Of a stretch of 61,505 nucleotides of DNA, positions 41,550 to 53,237 are shown in pieces. The stretch comes from an uncultured virus (IMG/VR IMGVR_UViG_3300024270_000037). Taxonomy: Duplodnaviria > Heunggongvirae > Uroviricota > Caudoviricetes. Where the stretch lies: the IMG/VR virus record IMGVR_UViG_3300024270_000037. One strand, 5' to 3'. Position numbers and translations under genes: made by a program. A model generated the notes under the pieces. The model did no database searches, was not told the DNA's origin, and saw only the letters and a list, made by a program, of their open reading frames with translations. Each line of letters begins with the position of its first letter. The stretch's first letter is position 1.

Positions 41550-41798
41550 TTATCGACCCATCATTTCTTCAAGATCATCAGGATTTAATCCAGCAGTACC
41601 TTCTTTATATTCACGTTCCAAACGTTTTATTCTAACATCACGCATTTTCATTGCTTCTTTATATGTCAGATTATATCGAAGATCTTCTATGGTAATCTGA
41701 TTCTTGAATAAACTTAAGAATTCATCAATAAATGAGTAAAAACTATTTAGTCGATGACTGTATTCAGAGCCTGTCGATATCGATAAAAAAGGATATTC
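41550..41798 (-). CDS. putative -1 frameshift extension of the upstream chaperone (82-codon frame with no 5' start codon)
   Basis: Open -1 frame overlapping the end of 41747-43357; CCTTTTTTA slippery run at 41784-41792; encodes ...FYSFIDEFLSLFKNQITIEDLRYNLTYKEAMKMRDVRIKRLE... Confidence 0.6.
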   Translation of the reverse strand, partial: EYPFLSISTGSEYSHRLNSFYSFIDEFLSLFKNQITIEDLRYNLTYKEAMKMRDVRIKRLEREYKEGTAGLNPDDLEEMMGR

Positions 41799-43357
41799 TC
41801 AAGCTCCATAGGAATGAAAGGAATGTAATTTCCACAATGAGGACAAGTTACATTCATAAGACCATAAGAAATAGCCATATTATCCAGTAAGTCTTCACCA
41901 AGCTTACGAATAATCATAACATCAACTTCGTTTAAAGTATAGATAGTCTTAGAGATATCTGCACCAGTGTTAACTTCGAAGTAGCTACCATCTTCATCAG
42001 GGTCAGGAATATAGAAAGCATTAATTAAAGTAGAAATAACTGCAGTCTGAGCATACTTTTCATCAGTATTATCAGTAAGATCCTTAATAGACTTATTGAT
42101 TAAATCATATGCAGACTGTACATAAATTTCTGCAATGATACCACTGTGAGGAAGTCTTACACGTTTAACTTCAGAAATTAATGCATTCTTATGAGCCTGC
42201 TTAGCAGCTTTCTCACTAACAGAACTATCTACAATATTCATAATAGTATCTTGAAGTTTCTCTTCCATTGCTTCTGCACGAATCAGAGATCTTACAGAAT
42301 ATCTATGATCAAAATTCTTCTTACACTTATCACAAGTCAGAGGAATAGTATCATCATCCGGATAAGTAGAACACAACAGACCATAAATAAATGTATTATA
42401 GTCATTTGCAGCAGTATTCAGTAAGAATTCATTGAAATCCATCTTACCAATAGAAGTGTTTTCAAGTTTGCTATGAATAAGGGACCATTTATTCTGAGCA
42501 TTCAGTAATGCATTATCATTACCGTCGATCAGAGAAATTAATTCATAAGCAGAACAACCCTTGATTTCAGCAGTATAACCAGAAATAGGAAGAACGATAT
42601 TAGTAGTAGTAACATTAGTAATACGCTTAATAATCTTATCAATATCCTTCTTCTTAGGCTTCTTAGTCTTAATAGTATCAAGAGAAATATTTTCAATCTC
42701 TTCTAACTTAATCTTCTTAACCTTTTCAAGTTTTTCATGTTCTTCATCAGTGAAGTTAATAACTCTACCAAAACCAGACTTATCAATAACAACAACAGCT
42801 TCTTCATACTTCTGATTAAATTCATCCTTAGTCATGCCAGGATTTTCTTCTTCATCTTCAGTCTCTTCTTTTTCACGAGCTTCAGGATGCTCTTCAAGAA
42901 TTTCTTCATGACGTTCCTTTAACTCTTCAATTTCAGAATCCATCTCTTTCATATAGTTATCTAAACTATCAATGACAGAAGGATTTAAACCTACACCATA
43001 TTTAGGACCAGTCTGTTGAGTATTGTCGGTCATTTCATCATGATTAACTACTAAACCAGGACCAGTATATTCTTCAGGTTCTTCAGAAGAGGTAGAAGCT
43101 ACATATTCACCTTTATCTTCAGGGTTAAATTTATCATTAATGGTAACAGTTTCAGGACTATAGGAATGACGAACTACATTACTTTCAGTAGTATATCCAT
43201 TTAAACGAGCACCGAAGTTACTACCAACAATAGCAGTTTCTTCACCATCGTCAATTGCTTGAGTCGGAACAGCTCTATTATGAGCTCTTAATTGATCCTG
43301 TAATGCATCAAGATTAATAGATTTATCCATATTATTCATATTATTATTCTCCTCCAA
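41747..43357 (-). CDS. baseplate hub/tail assembly chaperone-like protein (T4 gp26-like C-terminal part)
   Basis: Two LPxSG repeats (LPISG, LPHSG) and two CxxC motifs (CDKC, CPHC); acidic N-terminal extension. Confidence 0.55.
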   Translation of the reverse strand: MEENNNMNNMDKSINLDALQDQLRAHNRAVPTQAIDDGEETAIVGSNFGARLNGYTTESNVVRHSYSPETVTINDKFNPEDKGEYVASTSSEEPEEYTGPGLVVNHDEMTDNTQQTGPKYGVGLNPSVIDSLDNYMKEMDSEIEELKERHEEILEEHPEAREKEETEDEEENPGMTKDEFNQKYEEAVVVIDKSGFGRVINFTDEEHEKLEKVKKIKLEEIENISLDTIKTKKPKKKDIDKIIKRITNVTTTNIVLPISGYTAEIKGCSAYELISLIDGNDNALLNAQNKWSLIHSKLENTSIGKMDFNEFLLNTAANDYNTFIYGLLCSTYPDDDTIPLTCDKCKKNFDHRYSVRSLIRAEAMEEKLQDTIMNIVDSSVSEKAAKQAHKNALISEVKRVRLPHSGIIAEIYVQSAYDLINKSIKDLTDNTDEKYAQTAVISTLINAFYIPDPDEDGSYFEVNTGADISKTIYTLNEVDVMIIRKLGEDLLDNMAISYGLMNVTCPHCGNYIPFIPMELENILFYRYRQALNTVID

Positions 43358-43381
43358 TTTTTAATATATTATGTAAAAAAA

Positions 43382-43834
43382 TTATACATCTAAATTATTG
43401 TTAATTTTGTAATTAAACGTGATTTCGTTATTACTATTAGATCTCTTAAAACCTATACTAATTGCTGAATTTTCAGCAACAGTTACAGATAATGGGATAA
43501 ATAGAAATAATACGTGTTCATTATTATAAGGCGTTGATATTAATTGAATATTATTTAAATCAATATATTGTAATATATCTGGACACTGAATTGATATCTG
43601 GCTTTTTATTTTAGATATATCAATCTCATCTTCAAATTTATACATATATTGTCTGATATTCATACCTAAATGTGGTAATGAAGGTATCTGACCTGGCCTC
43701 ATTAAAAATAAATTAACTAGCATTTGAGCAACGCTTTCAGCTTGTGTTAATTTAGCTTGTTTTCCAAAATCATCAAGTCCAAAATTTAGTTCTCGTTTTA
43801 TTTCAGCCAATTTATCACCCCATTCATTATTCAA
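43382..43834 (-). CDS. gp25-like baseplate wedge protein
   Basis: LVNLFLMRPGQIPSLPHLGMNIRQYMYK matches the gp25 T.PGER...P.FG..L pattern. Confidence 0.7.
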   Translation of the reverse strand: MNNEWGDKLAEIKRELNFGLDDFGKQAKLTQAESVAQMLVNLFLMRPGQIPSLPHLGMNIRQYMYKFEDEIDISKIKSQISIQCPDILQYIDLNNIQLISTPYNNEHVLFLFIPLSVTVAENSAISIGFKRSNSNNEITFNYKINNNLDV

Positions 43835-43914
43835 GGATTATCATTACTTATATGTGACTTATGTAAAAAAATAAAAAGATATCTATTTTTCAATAGATAT
43901 CTAAGATAAATCAA

Positions 43915-44259
43915 TTACTCTATATGACTAGAGAATAATTTTAGGAATAATCTATTGGATATTTTATTTAATATATCCAGATAATCCTCAGTTTCTACTT
44001 TAGCTTGGTTATTATGGAATGTTAAAAGTATTTCGTGAACTTTAACCATACTCCAAGGAATCATTATTTCTACAGCAACTTCTTCTTCAATAGAGAATAG
44101 AGTTTCTGATATATGCATATTTAATACGGATATGATATGTAATTCGATTACATCTTTATATGTAATACTTCCAACTTCATTTATTAGGTGGATTTTTTCA
44201 GTTAATAATAAATCCAACTCTAATGCTATTTTACTTTGTAAATCTTTAACTTTTTCCAT
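43915..44259 (-). CDS. hypothetical protein
   Basis: ORF with AAGGGG RBS and early-type motif at 44305. Confidence 0.55.
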   Translation of the reverse strand: MEKVKDLQSKIALELDLLLTEKIHLINEVGSITYKDVIELHIISVLNMHISETLFSIEEEVAVEIMIPWSMVKVHEILLTFHNNQAKVETEDYLDILNKISNRLFLKLFSSHIE

Positions 44260-44391
44260 CTTTTTAAAACCCCTTTAAATATATTATTTAATTACTATAC
44301 ATATATAATATATACTTAGTTATCTAGACTATACTAATTATCATTAAATTAACAATTTTATAATAGTTTTTATATAAGGAAGTGATAATTA

Positions 44392-45129
44392 ATGAAAAAA
44401 TTTGATTGTCCATTTTGTGATGATAGATATAAATCCTTAGAAGGATTATATGAACATATTGAAGAAGAGCATCTTGATGAAATTCCTCAGGATATGAGTA
44501 TTCCTCAATATTTATATTTTATGAGAACCGGTAAAGCATATGGTAAATGTGTAGTTTGTAAGAGTAAAACTGGTTGGAATGATAAAACAGAAAAATATAA
44601 GAGATTCTGTGATAATCCTAAATGTAAAGAAAAGTATAGAGAACAGTTTAAGAGGAGAATGATCGATAAGTATGGTAAGACTACTTTATTAAATGATCCT
44701 GAGCAACAAAGGAAAATGTTAGCACACAGACAGATATCTGGTGAATATACATGGACTGACGGTACTAAGAAGACATATACAGGATCATACGAATTAGACT
44801 TCTTAAAGTTCTTAGATTTATTAATGGATTTTGATAGTGATGATGTATTTAGTCCTTCTCCTCATACTTATTATTATATGTATGAAGGTGAGAAGAAATT
44901 TTATATTCCAGATTGTTGGATTCCTTCTTTAAATTTGGAGATTGAAATTAAAGAAAGTGACAATACTCATCCTCATATGCAGGTTGATAGAGAAAAAGAA
45001 AGATTAAAAGATGAAATGATGAATTCTTTTAAGAATATTAAATATTTGAAAATTGTAGATAAAAAATATGATGCATTTTTTAATTATTTAATAAAAAGAA
45101 AAGAAGACTTTATTAAAGGAAAAAAATAA
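44392..45129 (+). CDS. zinc-finger plus TnsA/gp4-like PD-(D/E)xK nuclease
   Basis: C2H2 CPFC...HIEEEH, CVVC/FCDNPKC, GSYELDF, YIPDCWI...IEIKE; late motif at 44351. Confidence 0.7.
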   Translation: MKKFDCPFCDDRYKSLEGLYEHIEEEHLDEIPQDMSIPQYLYFMRTGKAYGKCVVCKSKTGWNDKTEKYKRFCDNPKCKEKYREQFKRRMIDKYGKTTLLNDPEQQRKMLAHRQISGEYTWTDGTKKTYTGSYELDFLKFLDLLMDFDSDDVFSPSPHTYYYMYEGEKKFYIPDCWIPSLNLEIEIKESDNTHPHMQVDREKERLKDEMMNSFKNIKYLKIVDKKYDAFFNYLIKRKEDFIKGKK

Positions 45130-45132
45130 AAG

Positions 45133-45171
45133 GAATAGAGGGTATGGAGAAATCCATACCCTCCTATTTTA
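45133..45171. terminator. terminator between convergent genes
   Basis: GAGGGTATGGA-gaaa-TCCATACCCTC. Confidence 0.8.
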
Positions 45172-45900
45172 TTACTGAGAATCAGTCTCAGTATCCAGAA
45201 CAGTAATTACCGGCTCATCATTATTTTTTTCATCAGGATTCTTCATCATATCCTCTTTCATAGTCATCATAGCTTCAGTAGCACTGGTCTGATCAGGATA
45301 GATGTTGAAGCCGAGTCCAACCACATTAGATTCAAACTTTTCATTGAATCCGCTCACAGTCTCAAGGATTGCTTCCTTGAAAATATGGCGGCGAACAGTC
45401 TTACTCATCTTGGTATACTCATCAACCAGTTCGATGTCGTGCTCAATATGAGTCCACTTACCACCGTTCTTGTTTTTGCGAAGCATAACAAAGCCATGCT
45501 TGACGCCGGTGAACTTGACTTCTTCGACAGCATAGTCGTACTCTTCAAGGTATTTCTTAACCACAGGAACAAATGCATCTTGGTAGTCTTTGAAATAACC
45601 CTTCAACATAGGGATCATAGATTTTGCTACACCTACAATAGGTGCAAACTTGATGTAGATGGTAGCAAAGACCTCGATGAGATCTTCAAGCAGTTCATCA
45701 TTGATTTTGATGAACAGCTGATCATCTTTAACATACAGGGTGCCCCACTTTCGAACGATCGGTTCGATCTTGGAAATATCGATGGCTTCCGGATCATGGT
45801 CGAATTCGATTTCAGGAATGACTTCCTTATAAGTATCGACCACAGAATAGAAAGATTTGACAGCTTTGATGATGACCTTGTTAGACAGAGAGATTTCCAT
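45172..45900 (-). CDS. hypothetical early protein
   Basis: 242 aa, visibly higher GC than neighbours, own early-type motif at 45987. Confidence 0.65.
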   Translation of the reverse strand: MEISLSNKVIIKAVKSFYSVVDTYKEVIPEIEFDHDPEAIDISKIEPIVRKWGTLYVKDDQLFIKINDELLEDLIEVFATIYIKFAPIVGVAKSMIPMLKGYFKDYQDAFVPVVKKYLEEYDYAVEEVKFTGVKHGFVMLRKNKNGGKWTHIEHDIELVDEYTKMSKTVRRHIFKEAILETVSGFNEKFESNVVGLGFNIYPDQTSATEAMMTMKEDMMKNPDEKNNDEPVITVLDTETDSQ

Positions 45901-46045
45901 AATTTTAATTCCTTTCTGGTTTTATAGACTTTTCCTTGTCTTATATTTGTTTGTAAGAGATATATTATTATCTCATTATTACAATAATAATATATACTTT
46001 AATTATGTAAGTTTGCGAATTTTTAATTATTGGGAACATAGAAAA

Positions 46046-46078
46046 AAGAAAGTGTGACAAAATGTCACACTTTCTTTT
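46046..46078 (-). terminator. intrinsic terminator
   Basis: AAGAAAGTGTGACA-aaa-TGTCACACTTTCTT. Confidence 0.8.
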
Positions 46079-46084
46079 ATATTG

Positions 46085-46372
46085 TTAAATTGTAAGTTTT
46101 TCAGTAAGCTTATATGTAATCATCACTCGTCTAACTGACAAAGTATCAAGATCAGCATAAACAGAAGTTTCCTTGATACGTTCAGGGTATTTAAGTTTAT
46201 AACTATTCCACCAACTTACAGCTTCCTCTACAGATTTAAATTCCAAAGCAATCTTGCTGTTATAGATAAAGATATTATACCTTGACATGAAGGTATAATA
46301 CTGCTTGTTGGGATCAATAGGATTTCCATCTTCATCCTTAATTACTTTAACACCGATAATGTATGTTGCCAT
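46085..46372 (-). CDS. hypothetical protein
   Basis: AGGAG RBS; similar to 50205-50489 (FKSVEEAVSWWN vs FTSVESAEAWFN; DTLSVRRV vs STLAIRKI). Confidence 0.6.
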   Translation of the reverse strand: MATYIIGVKVIKDEDGNPIDPNKQYYTFMSRYNIFIYNSKIALEFKSVEEAVSWWNSYKLKYPERIKETSVYADLDTLSVRRVMITYKLTEKLTI

Positions 46373-46383
46373 ATAGTTCTCCT

Positions 46384-46614
46384 TTATTCATGTTGTGTAT
46401 GTTTTAAATATGCTGAAGTGACCTTATCAATAATAGATTCAGGACATCCTTGACAATTAGTACAATTTTTATGTATTCTTGTGTAAGTATTTTTGATGAA
46501 TTCTTTATTTTGTGAATCATCATCATTAATGAGTGTACAACACTCATTAATATTATGAGAATTAAAATCCTCTTCAGTGTAAATTCTACCACTGAAAGCT
46601 CCTAATCACTTCAT
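46384..46614 (-). pseudogene. 76-codon Cys-containing ORF with in-frame TGA at codon 3
   Basis: AGGAG RBS then ATG AAG TGA TTA GGA GCT TTC AGT GGT...; the frame stays open to TAA 46384, just before the next RBS. Confidence 0.55.
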
Positions 46615-46626
46615 ATATAATATCTC

Positions 46627-46791
46627 CTAATAATCATTCTTTGTTATGTGATTATCTTCTAATGCATTTTCACAATAACAATTTAGCATAGGATCATCTG
46701 TGTCACATATAGAACACGGCTTCCCATCACAAGAACTAGGCGGATAATTTATACATGATTCACAAATCCATTCTGGTGACATCATTAACAT
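46627..46791 (-). CDS. small Cys-rich protein (54 aa)
   Basis: AGGAG RBS; WICESCINYPPSSCDGKPCSICD. Confidence 0.55.
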   Translation of the reverse strand: MLMMSPEWICESCINYPPSSCDGKPCSICDTDDPMLNCYCENALEDNHITKNDY

Positions 46792-46814
46792 ACTCCTTTT
46801 AAATTATTATTTTT

Positions 46815-47540
46815 TTATTCAGGTTTCTTCTGCCAAAAATGATATTTCCTAATACTAGGATGTGTGGATTTTTTATATGGAAGAATCCACTGAATATACA
46901 CTGCATATGGAGACAGAGGAATTCTTTTAAACCAATCACTACTAAAGCTTATATCACAAGAATTCTTACGACTAAACTTTATGATATGAAGATTTAAACC
47001 TTTAAGTTTTTCACCCCAAAGATTCATACATTCAAGTGTAACTGTATAAGAAGAATTCTTAAATCTAAATTCCTTCTTCCAGAGTTCACTATCAAGCAAT
47101 CCACCTCTACGTTTACGCCGTTCGTAATACTCATCCTGATATTTTTGCATAGCAATTAAGCTATTAATTTCTTTTTGTTTTTGAGGATCATTCTCAATAT
47201 CCTCTTTTGTCCAATATTCCAACCTTGTTTTATAATCAGAACATGTAGGACAAGTTAATGCTGGATCATAACGTTCTTCATCATCTCCAGCAAAGATGAC
47301 AGTACCACATTCTTTACAACGATAAACAAGCGTTAACAATCCATGTTCTTCATAAATTACTTCAAAATCACAATGAAGTTTTTTCCTCATCGCATTAAGA
47401 TATGTATCAACAGAACAGACATGAATATTGTCGTTGGAATCGAAGATTTCTGTTTCATCTTCATTCAGATAATAATGGAAATCTTTATTTTCTTCTTTCA
47501 TTCGTTTAAAATACCGAATGATATCATATTTACTAATCAT
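46815..47540 (-). CDS. hypothetical zinc-ribbon protein
   Basis: CKECG and CPTC motifs. Confidence 0.6.
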   Translation of the reverse strand: MISKYDIIRYFKRMKEENKDFHYYLNEDETEIFDSNDNIHVCSVDTYLNAMRKKLHCDFEVIYEEHGLLTLVYRCKECGTVIFAGDDEERYDPALTCPTCSDYKTRLEYWTKEDIENDPQKQKEINSLIAMQKYQDEYYERRKRRGGLLDSELWKKEFRFKNSSYTVTLECMNLWGEKLKGLNLHIIKFSRKNSCDISFSSDWFKRIPLSPYAVYIQWILPYKKSTHPSIRKYHFWQKKPE

Positions 47541-47557
47541 ACTAATACCTCATTTTA

Positions 47558-50500
47558 TTATGCGTAACATTTTCTACTATAGAGATAATAATCTCTATTA
47601 TAAATACCGGTTACACCACTTTTATCTTGCTTAAAAGCTTCAAGAATAATTCGTTCCCTGATATCAAGTAAATCTTTAGAGGAAATATTAGGATCAAAAT
47701 GAAGAATCGCCAATTCTACGGCTAATCTTGGATTAATCGCTTTTTCATACATAGTAGTAAACATTAATAATTATCCTCCTACATTAATTGCGTGATATAA
47801 AACAATTCAATGGATAAACTACACTTGTTTCCCTAGGAAACATACATTCACCATCATCAAGACGAATAGCTGTAATGAGTTTATCACTTTTATCAAGTAT
47901 CGGTTTAATTTTTATACAAGGATAATTGCTATCTGGACTATCCAGATAAACATCACCAGGAGCAAGTTCAGAAAAATTTCTTTCAATATATTTAAATTTC
48001 ATAATTATTTCTCACTTTCGTATTTTTAGTCCCAATATGAGTTAATATCTTTCCAGTCAGGATAGTTTTTATCCATATAATTTCTACCAATTTCCCTTAG
48101 CCTATCATCAATATGATAATAATCTTTATCAGTACACGCAATAGCTTCTGCTATATTTTTGATCGTTTTACCATTATCTACTACATATAGATACCAGGGT
48201 TTAGACTTCCTTTCTTCAAATGTTGCATCAGATTCATAATTATCAAATGGCTCAATTCTAAAAGAATATCTAGTATTGAAGTTGATAAAGGCATCTCTAT
48301 CATAAAATGCTGCTTTATAAAAGAATGATGCACGTGTTCTTCCTTTGTTATCAATTAGATCATTCCACATTGAATGACTAGTTGCTTTAATTTTCCAACC
48401 TTCAGGAAGTTCTACAGAATAGAATAAATCATCTTCTTTATCGATGATTTTGATTCCCATTTTTTCATACTGATTCTTTGTAAATTCGATAATATTATCT
48501 TGTACAATAGCGTGTCTAACTTTATAAGGTTGATTATCTAAGACACCATTGAATCTTATTTCATCAGGAATTCCACCATTTGTCTTAATGGGCAACATAC
48601 ATCTACGTACAACTAATTTCTGACCTCTTTTTTCCTGATTTTCAATTGCTTTAGAAGGATCTTCACCCTCCATAGCATATAGTAGAGCATCAAAGAATAC
48701 ATTTTTAATATCCACAGTTATTCCTCTTTCTTAATAATAAGCGGATGCATTGAGTCCTTCTCCGAACTCTAGACTATGTGTCCTAGTCTTTGCTTCTTCT
48801 TCAGTCTCAAATACATAATATTTCATTTCATCAAAACTACAAAATACATATCCACAAGGTTGGTCAACTTTGAAAATAACACATTCGTTATTATAATCGA
48901 TATCATGTACAGTAACAGTATGAATACCATCATATGTATATCTGCTAACCGCAATGATACCATATAATTTTTGACCAATTGTTAAATTAGTTTCTTTTTT
49001 ATAGGTAAAATTCATTTAGTTATCTCCTTATAGTTTGTGATGTATTCATTACATCTTTTAACATCTTTATTCATATCTGTAGCAGTTTCATTATATAATG
49101 AAACTGCTCTTTCTAATATCTCACGCTCAATATCATTAATAGGATATCCAGTATCAATAATAGTGAATAAACAGAATTTTAAAGTTTTTAATTGATGCTT
49201 GATTACTTTCTTATGAGATCGTTTACATTTGAGACATGCATATTTAAATCTCATTTTATCTATTTTATTTTTTAGTTTCATATTATTTAAAATGCCTCCA
49301 CATGATCCACTTCTACTTTATTACCACTCCAATGTGTTTCACCGTGTAGTGTAAAATACACTTTTATTATAGTTTCTTTATTTTTGACAGTGAGATAACC
49401 GCAAGTATTATCGAATGTTTTAACATCAATGATATTCCAAAGACCAAAATGTTTTTTGATAAAAGCTGATAGGTTCATTGGGTTGATATTTTCTTTATTA
49501 ATATTACTTCTCAGTAAATGAATACCATCCCTCATCATACAAATCATAGATGTGCCGATTAGAATAATAAATGAAAGGCTCAGTATATTTATTGCAATTC
49601 CGAAAATAATCACTAAATCCATCACACTACCACCTTAAAATTCATCTTCATATTTATTTTTATAACAGTCACCACATTGACTTTTTGTATGACATTCAAA
49701 TCTTGTTTCGATTTCATTATCATAAAAATCTTCACAAGTACAGCAAGTATCATAATCTTTTATATCAAAATAGCTATAGTTACTATTATGGTCACACCCA
49801 GTATTCTTTTCATTTATAGTATTCATATTAATTGACCTTTTCACATTTATTCAAAAAATCATCACCAAAGAACATTGTATCTCCAGCATAGGTTCCATTA
49901 CCATCATATACATCTGCACCGTATTTCATTGAAGGATCTCTGTAGTTATTTACATTGATAATTTCGATTTTATAATCTATACCATTACTCGAATGTAAAA
50001 TATACTTATCTCCAACATTTGCCATACTATTCCTCCTAAACAATATTCTCTATAAGCGAGAATTCTTACTGACTAAATATAATCCGTTATTTTACCTCAT
50101 AAAACTTTTTACAGTTAGGACACTTACATTTCTTTTGTGTAATTTTTACTTCCCTCTGTATATTACAGTATGGACACCGTACTAATTTAAACCAAATACT
50201 CATTTTATACTGTTAATGGCAGGCATTTCTTATAAACAATTTTTCGAATTGCAAGGGTTGACATGTCGAAGTTATACCGATCATAATGAGAATAAAACAG
50301 ACATTCCCTAACTCTATTAAACCAGGCTTCTGCACTTTCTACACTTGTAAAAACTTTACAGTCATAGATAGAAAAAGCCCAATCAGGATGATCACTAGAC
50401 CGATCAATTGTTGCAAATCTCCATTCTTCTGTGGGTTTACCGAAGATATCATTGCGTGCCTTGATACTAATCACATATTGTTCATTCATATTTTTTACCT

Positions 50501-53095
50501 CATAAAATTGTCATTTTATTAGTATATCCATGATTTCCTGTAAATACATCTCCACTAAATAGAGTAGTTTTAAAGATTTCAGATACACAAGTTTCACTAT
50601 CAATTGAATTGATTAGTTTCCTGAGCTTTGCTTCAGCTTCTTCTTTATTATGTGCTATTACAATAGCACTATCTTTACGATAATATGCCCCATCGTCTAC
50701 TTCAAAGTCAATTTTATATAATAACATAATATTACCCTCATTTCTTATCGATATAATGCGCAGAATGATGAAGATATGCTCCTCCACATAAATGCTCATA
50801 ACAATCATATGTATTGATGTAGTACCTATTATCAAAATTCTCAATAGCTCTACCATCAAATACCATATCTTTGAAATTCACAATATGCATCTTTACACAT
50901 TCATATTCATCATCACATGGAATAATTATTAGATATGGATTTTCAGATGAACTATCACAATGAATAATACATTCAACCCAATCAGGCCTATATGGATACC
51001 ATGAACTAAGTTTACACATTTTTACAAAGAATGTATTATCAAAATTGATAGTGGTTTTGGAATATCCAACCCAGTTACCATTCTCATCATAACGTTCACC
51101 AATATGACCTTCATTTGTGATATCAAAATTACGATCAGGTGTAATGGTAACCATATGAACAGTATTCTCCTCATCTATGATAAAAATTGCAGGCTGTAAA
51201 CCATTTTTTCTTTTTTGTACAATTATTTTAGCATTATCGAATTCCATTTCAATCTCCTATCATACAATCTGATAATCTTTTACCAGATTATGGATAATTT
51301 CATCTGCAAAATATTCGCTTGGTCCATTGAATAAATCTAACTGTTCTTGTGAAACCTCTTGAGTATATACCCAAGTATGATCATAGTCTTGAAACTTAAA
51401 TTGATAGACTGAATACTTTTCATCAAATCCATAATCAAATTGTAGATTATGATGTCGTGCAAATGACATTAATCTATCAATTAATTCTTCATGCATTTTT
51501 TATCCCTCTTTCAAATTTATTCTTTTATGTACCATCCAGTTTCCCATTGCCCACCGATTCTTTCTCTGATACCATTTCGCCCACGAATATCATTAGGAGA
51601 ATACCAATCTTCAAAGATATATCCATATTCATCATATATAATTTCATCTGATCCTGAATAAATATACTCATAATCAAGAAATAAAGGATGTGATATGTGA
51701 ATATAAGGATTTTCTTTGATGAATTCAATCATTTCATTTCTTGTCATCATATTTAGATATCCCCATATCTATTCTTCTAATAGTTTAATGAATGTATATC
51801 GTGCGGCACATTTATTACACAAACATATTTTCATTTCAATTTTGTCTTTTATAGGAACAGATACATCTTTCGCATATTTTACACTTCTGGTATCTCCACA
51901 AAAACCACATCTGAGTTTTTTATCTCTCCAAGCTGGAATTAATTTATATCGATTATTTCCAATTATTGAGTCAAATATCATCTGAATCTCACCAAAAGTG
52001 AGCATATCTCGATACTCTAAATTGTCATTGATGATTTTCCAGAATTTTTCAATGAAGTCTGCAAATGTATCTTCTTTAATGAGATTATCAATCTCACTAT
52101 ACACATCTGTAAGTTTATCAACTTTTACTTCATCATCATGAGTGAAAGGATGATCGGATTTAATACCATCAATTTCATCCTGAATAATTTCCAGTACCTG
52201 TTGTTTAACTGTCATATATATTATCTCCTCTTAAATCATTTCATACTATTCTTAAGGTAGAAAATTTTTGACTGAAGATTGGCAGTTTTAACCATAACGG
52301 TCACATGCCAATTACAATTTTTTCTACCCTTAGCTTTTTTACGTTCATGCTCCTGGTGATTAAAATTCCAGTAATGTGTGAGAGCCGTATCAATAAGCTC
52401 AAGTTCTTCTTTCGTAAACATATTTACATCCTTTCAGATTCATAATCTATATAACCACCAAACATACAATGTTCTTTATATGCAGATGATATATTATCTA
52501 CACCAAACCCAATATAACCATATTTAGTTTCAGGAGGATTATATGTACCATCCATAACACTATTCAAGAATTCATTCAATCTATTTTTCCATTCACGGGT
52601 GTAAATTTCTTGCTCTTTAGCCCTTATTGGTGCTAGTTCTGCCTGTCTCTGTTTTCTTTTCTGTTCCTCCTCAATTTTTCTTAATCTTTTTTCTTCTCGT
52701 TCTTGTTTCTTTTTATATTTCTCCTCTTCCATAACACATATTTTTTTCTCACGTTCTTTTTTCTTTAATTCTTTTTCTTGTAAAACAAAAGAATTAATTT
52801 TTTCCTCATCATATTCAGTATTGAGATATTCATAAATACGTTTTGCTTCGAAATACTTTTTATGTTCATAATTGTCATAATACAAATCAATATAAAATCC
52901 CATATGTTTATTTACTAGTCTTAATGAAATATTTTTATACAAAGATTTAACTGACCTATACATATTATCGAATTCTGTTACAGGCATCATTTCAAAACTT
53001 AGGCTACCACGATTCTCGTAAAGTGACTGAGCGCTATATCTAAGTTTTATCAAAAGATAATTATCTTTGTCATATCTAAATTTATAAAACTTCAT
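47558..53095 (-). CDS. cluster of ~17 short co-oriented hypothetical early genes (47558-47764, 47784-48002, 48026-48715, 48731-49015, 49012-49281, 49287-49625, 49635-49826, 49828-50025, 50087-50203, 50205-50489, 50500-50727, 50738-51247, 51260-51496, 51517-51750, 51769-52215, 52236-52421, 52424-53095)
   Basis: Tightly packed minus-strand ORFs, most with AGGAG/GAGG RBS, downstream of the early-type motif at 53149; no recognisable domains apart from small Zn-ribbons. Confidence 0.6.
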
Positions 53096-53237
53096 AAAAA
53101 TTAATTCCTTTCTTGGTTATAAAGTTTTCCTTCTTATATTCTATTGTAATAATATATATTTATTTTTTGTATTAATACGATTATTAATAAACAGTTAACA
53201 TTTTAATAATAGTTTATAGAGAGGGTGTTTTTATTAT

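Noticed and set aside
46404..46592. 62-aa hydrophobic ORF in the track
   Set aside because: The alternative frame 46384-46614 has the better RBS, protein-like composition and operon fit
46606..46608. Genome-wide TGA reassignment
   Set aside because: TGA terminates several genes normally (e.g. at 50738, 51260, 52236, 59373) and long genes are intact under code 11
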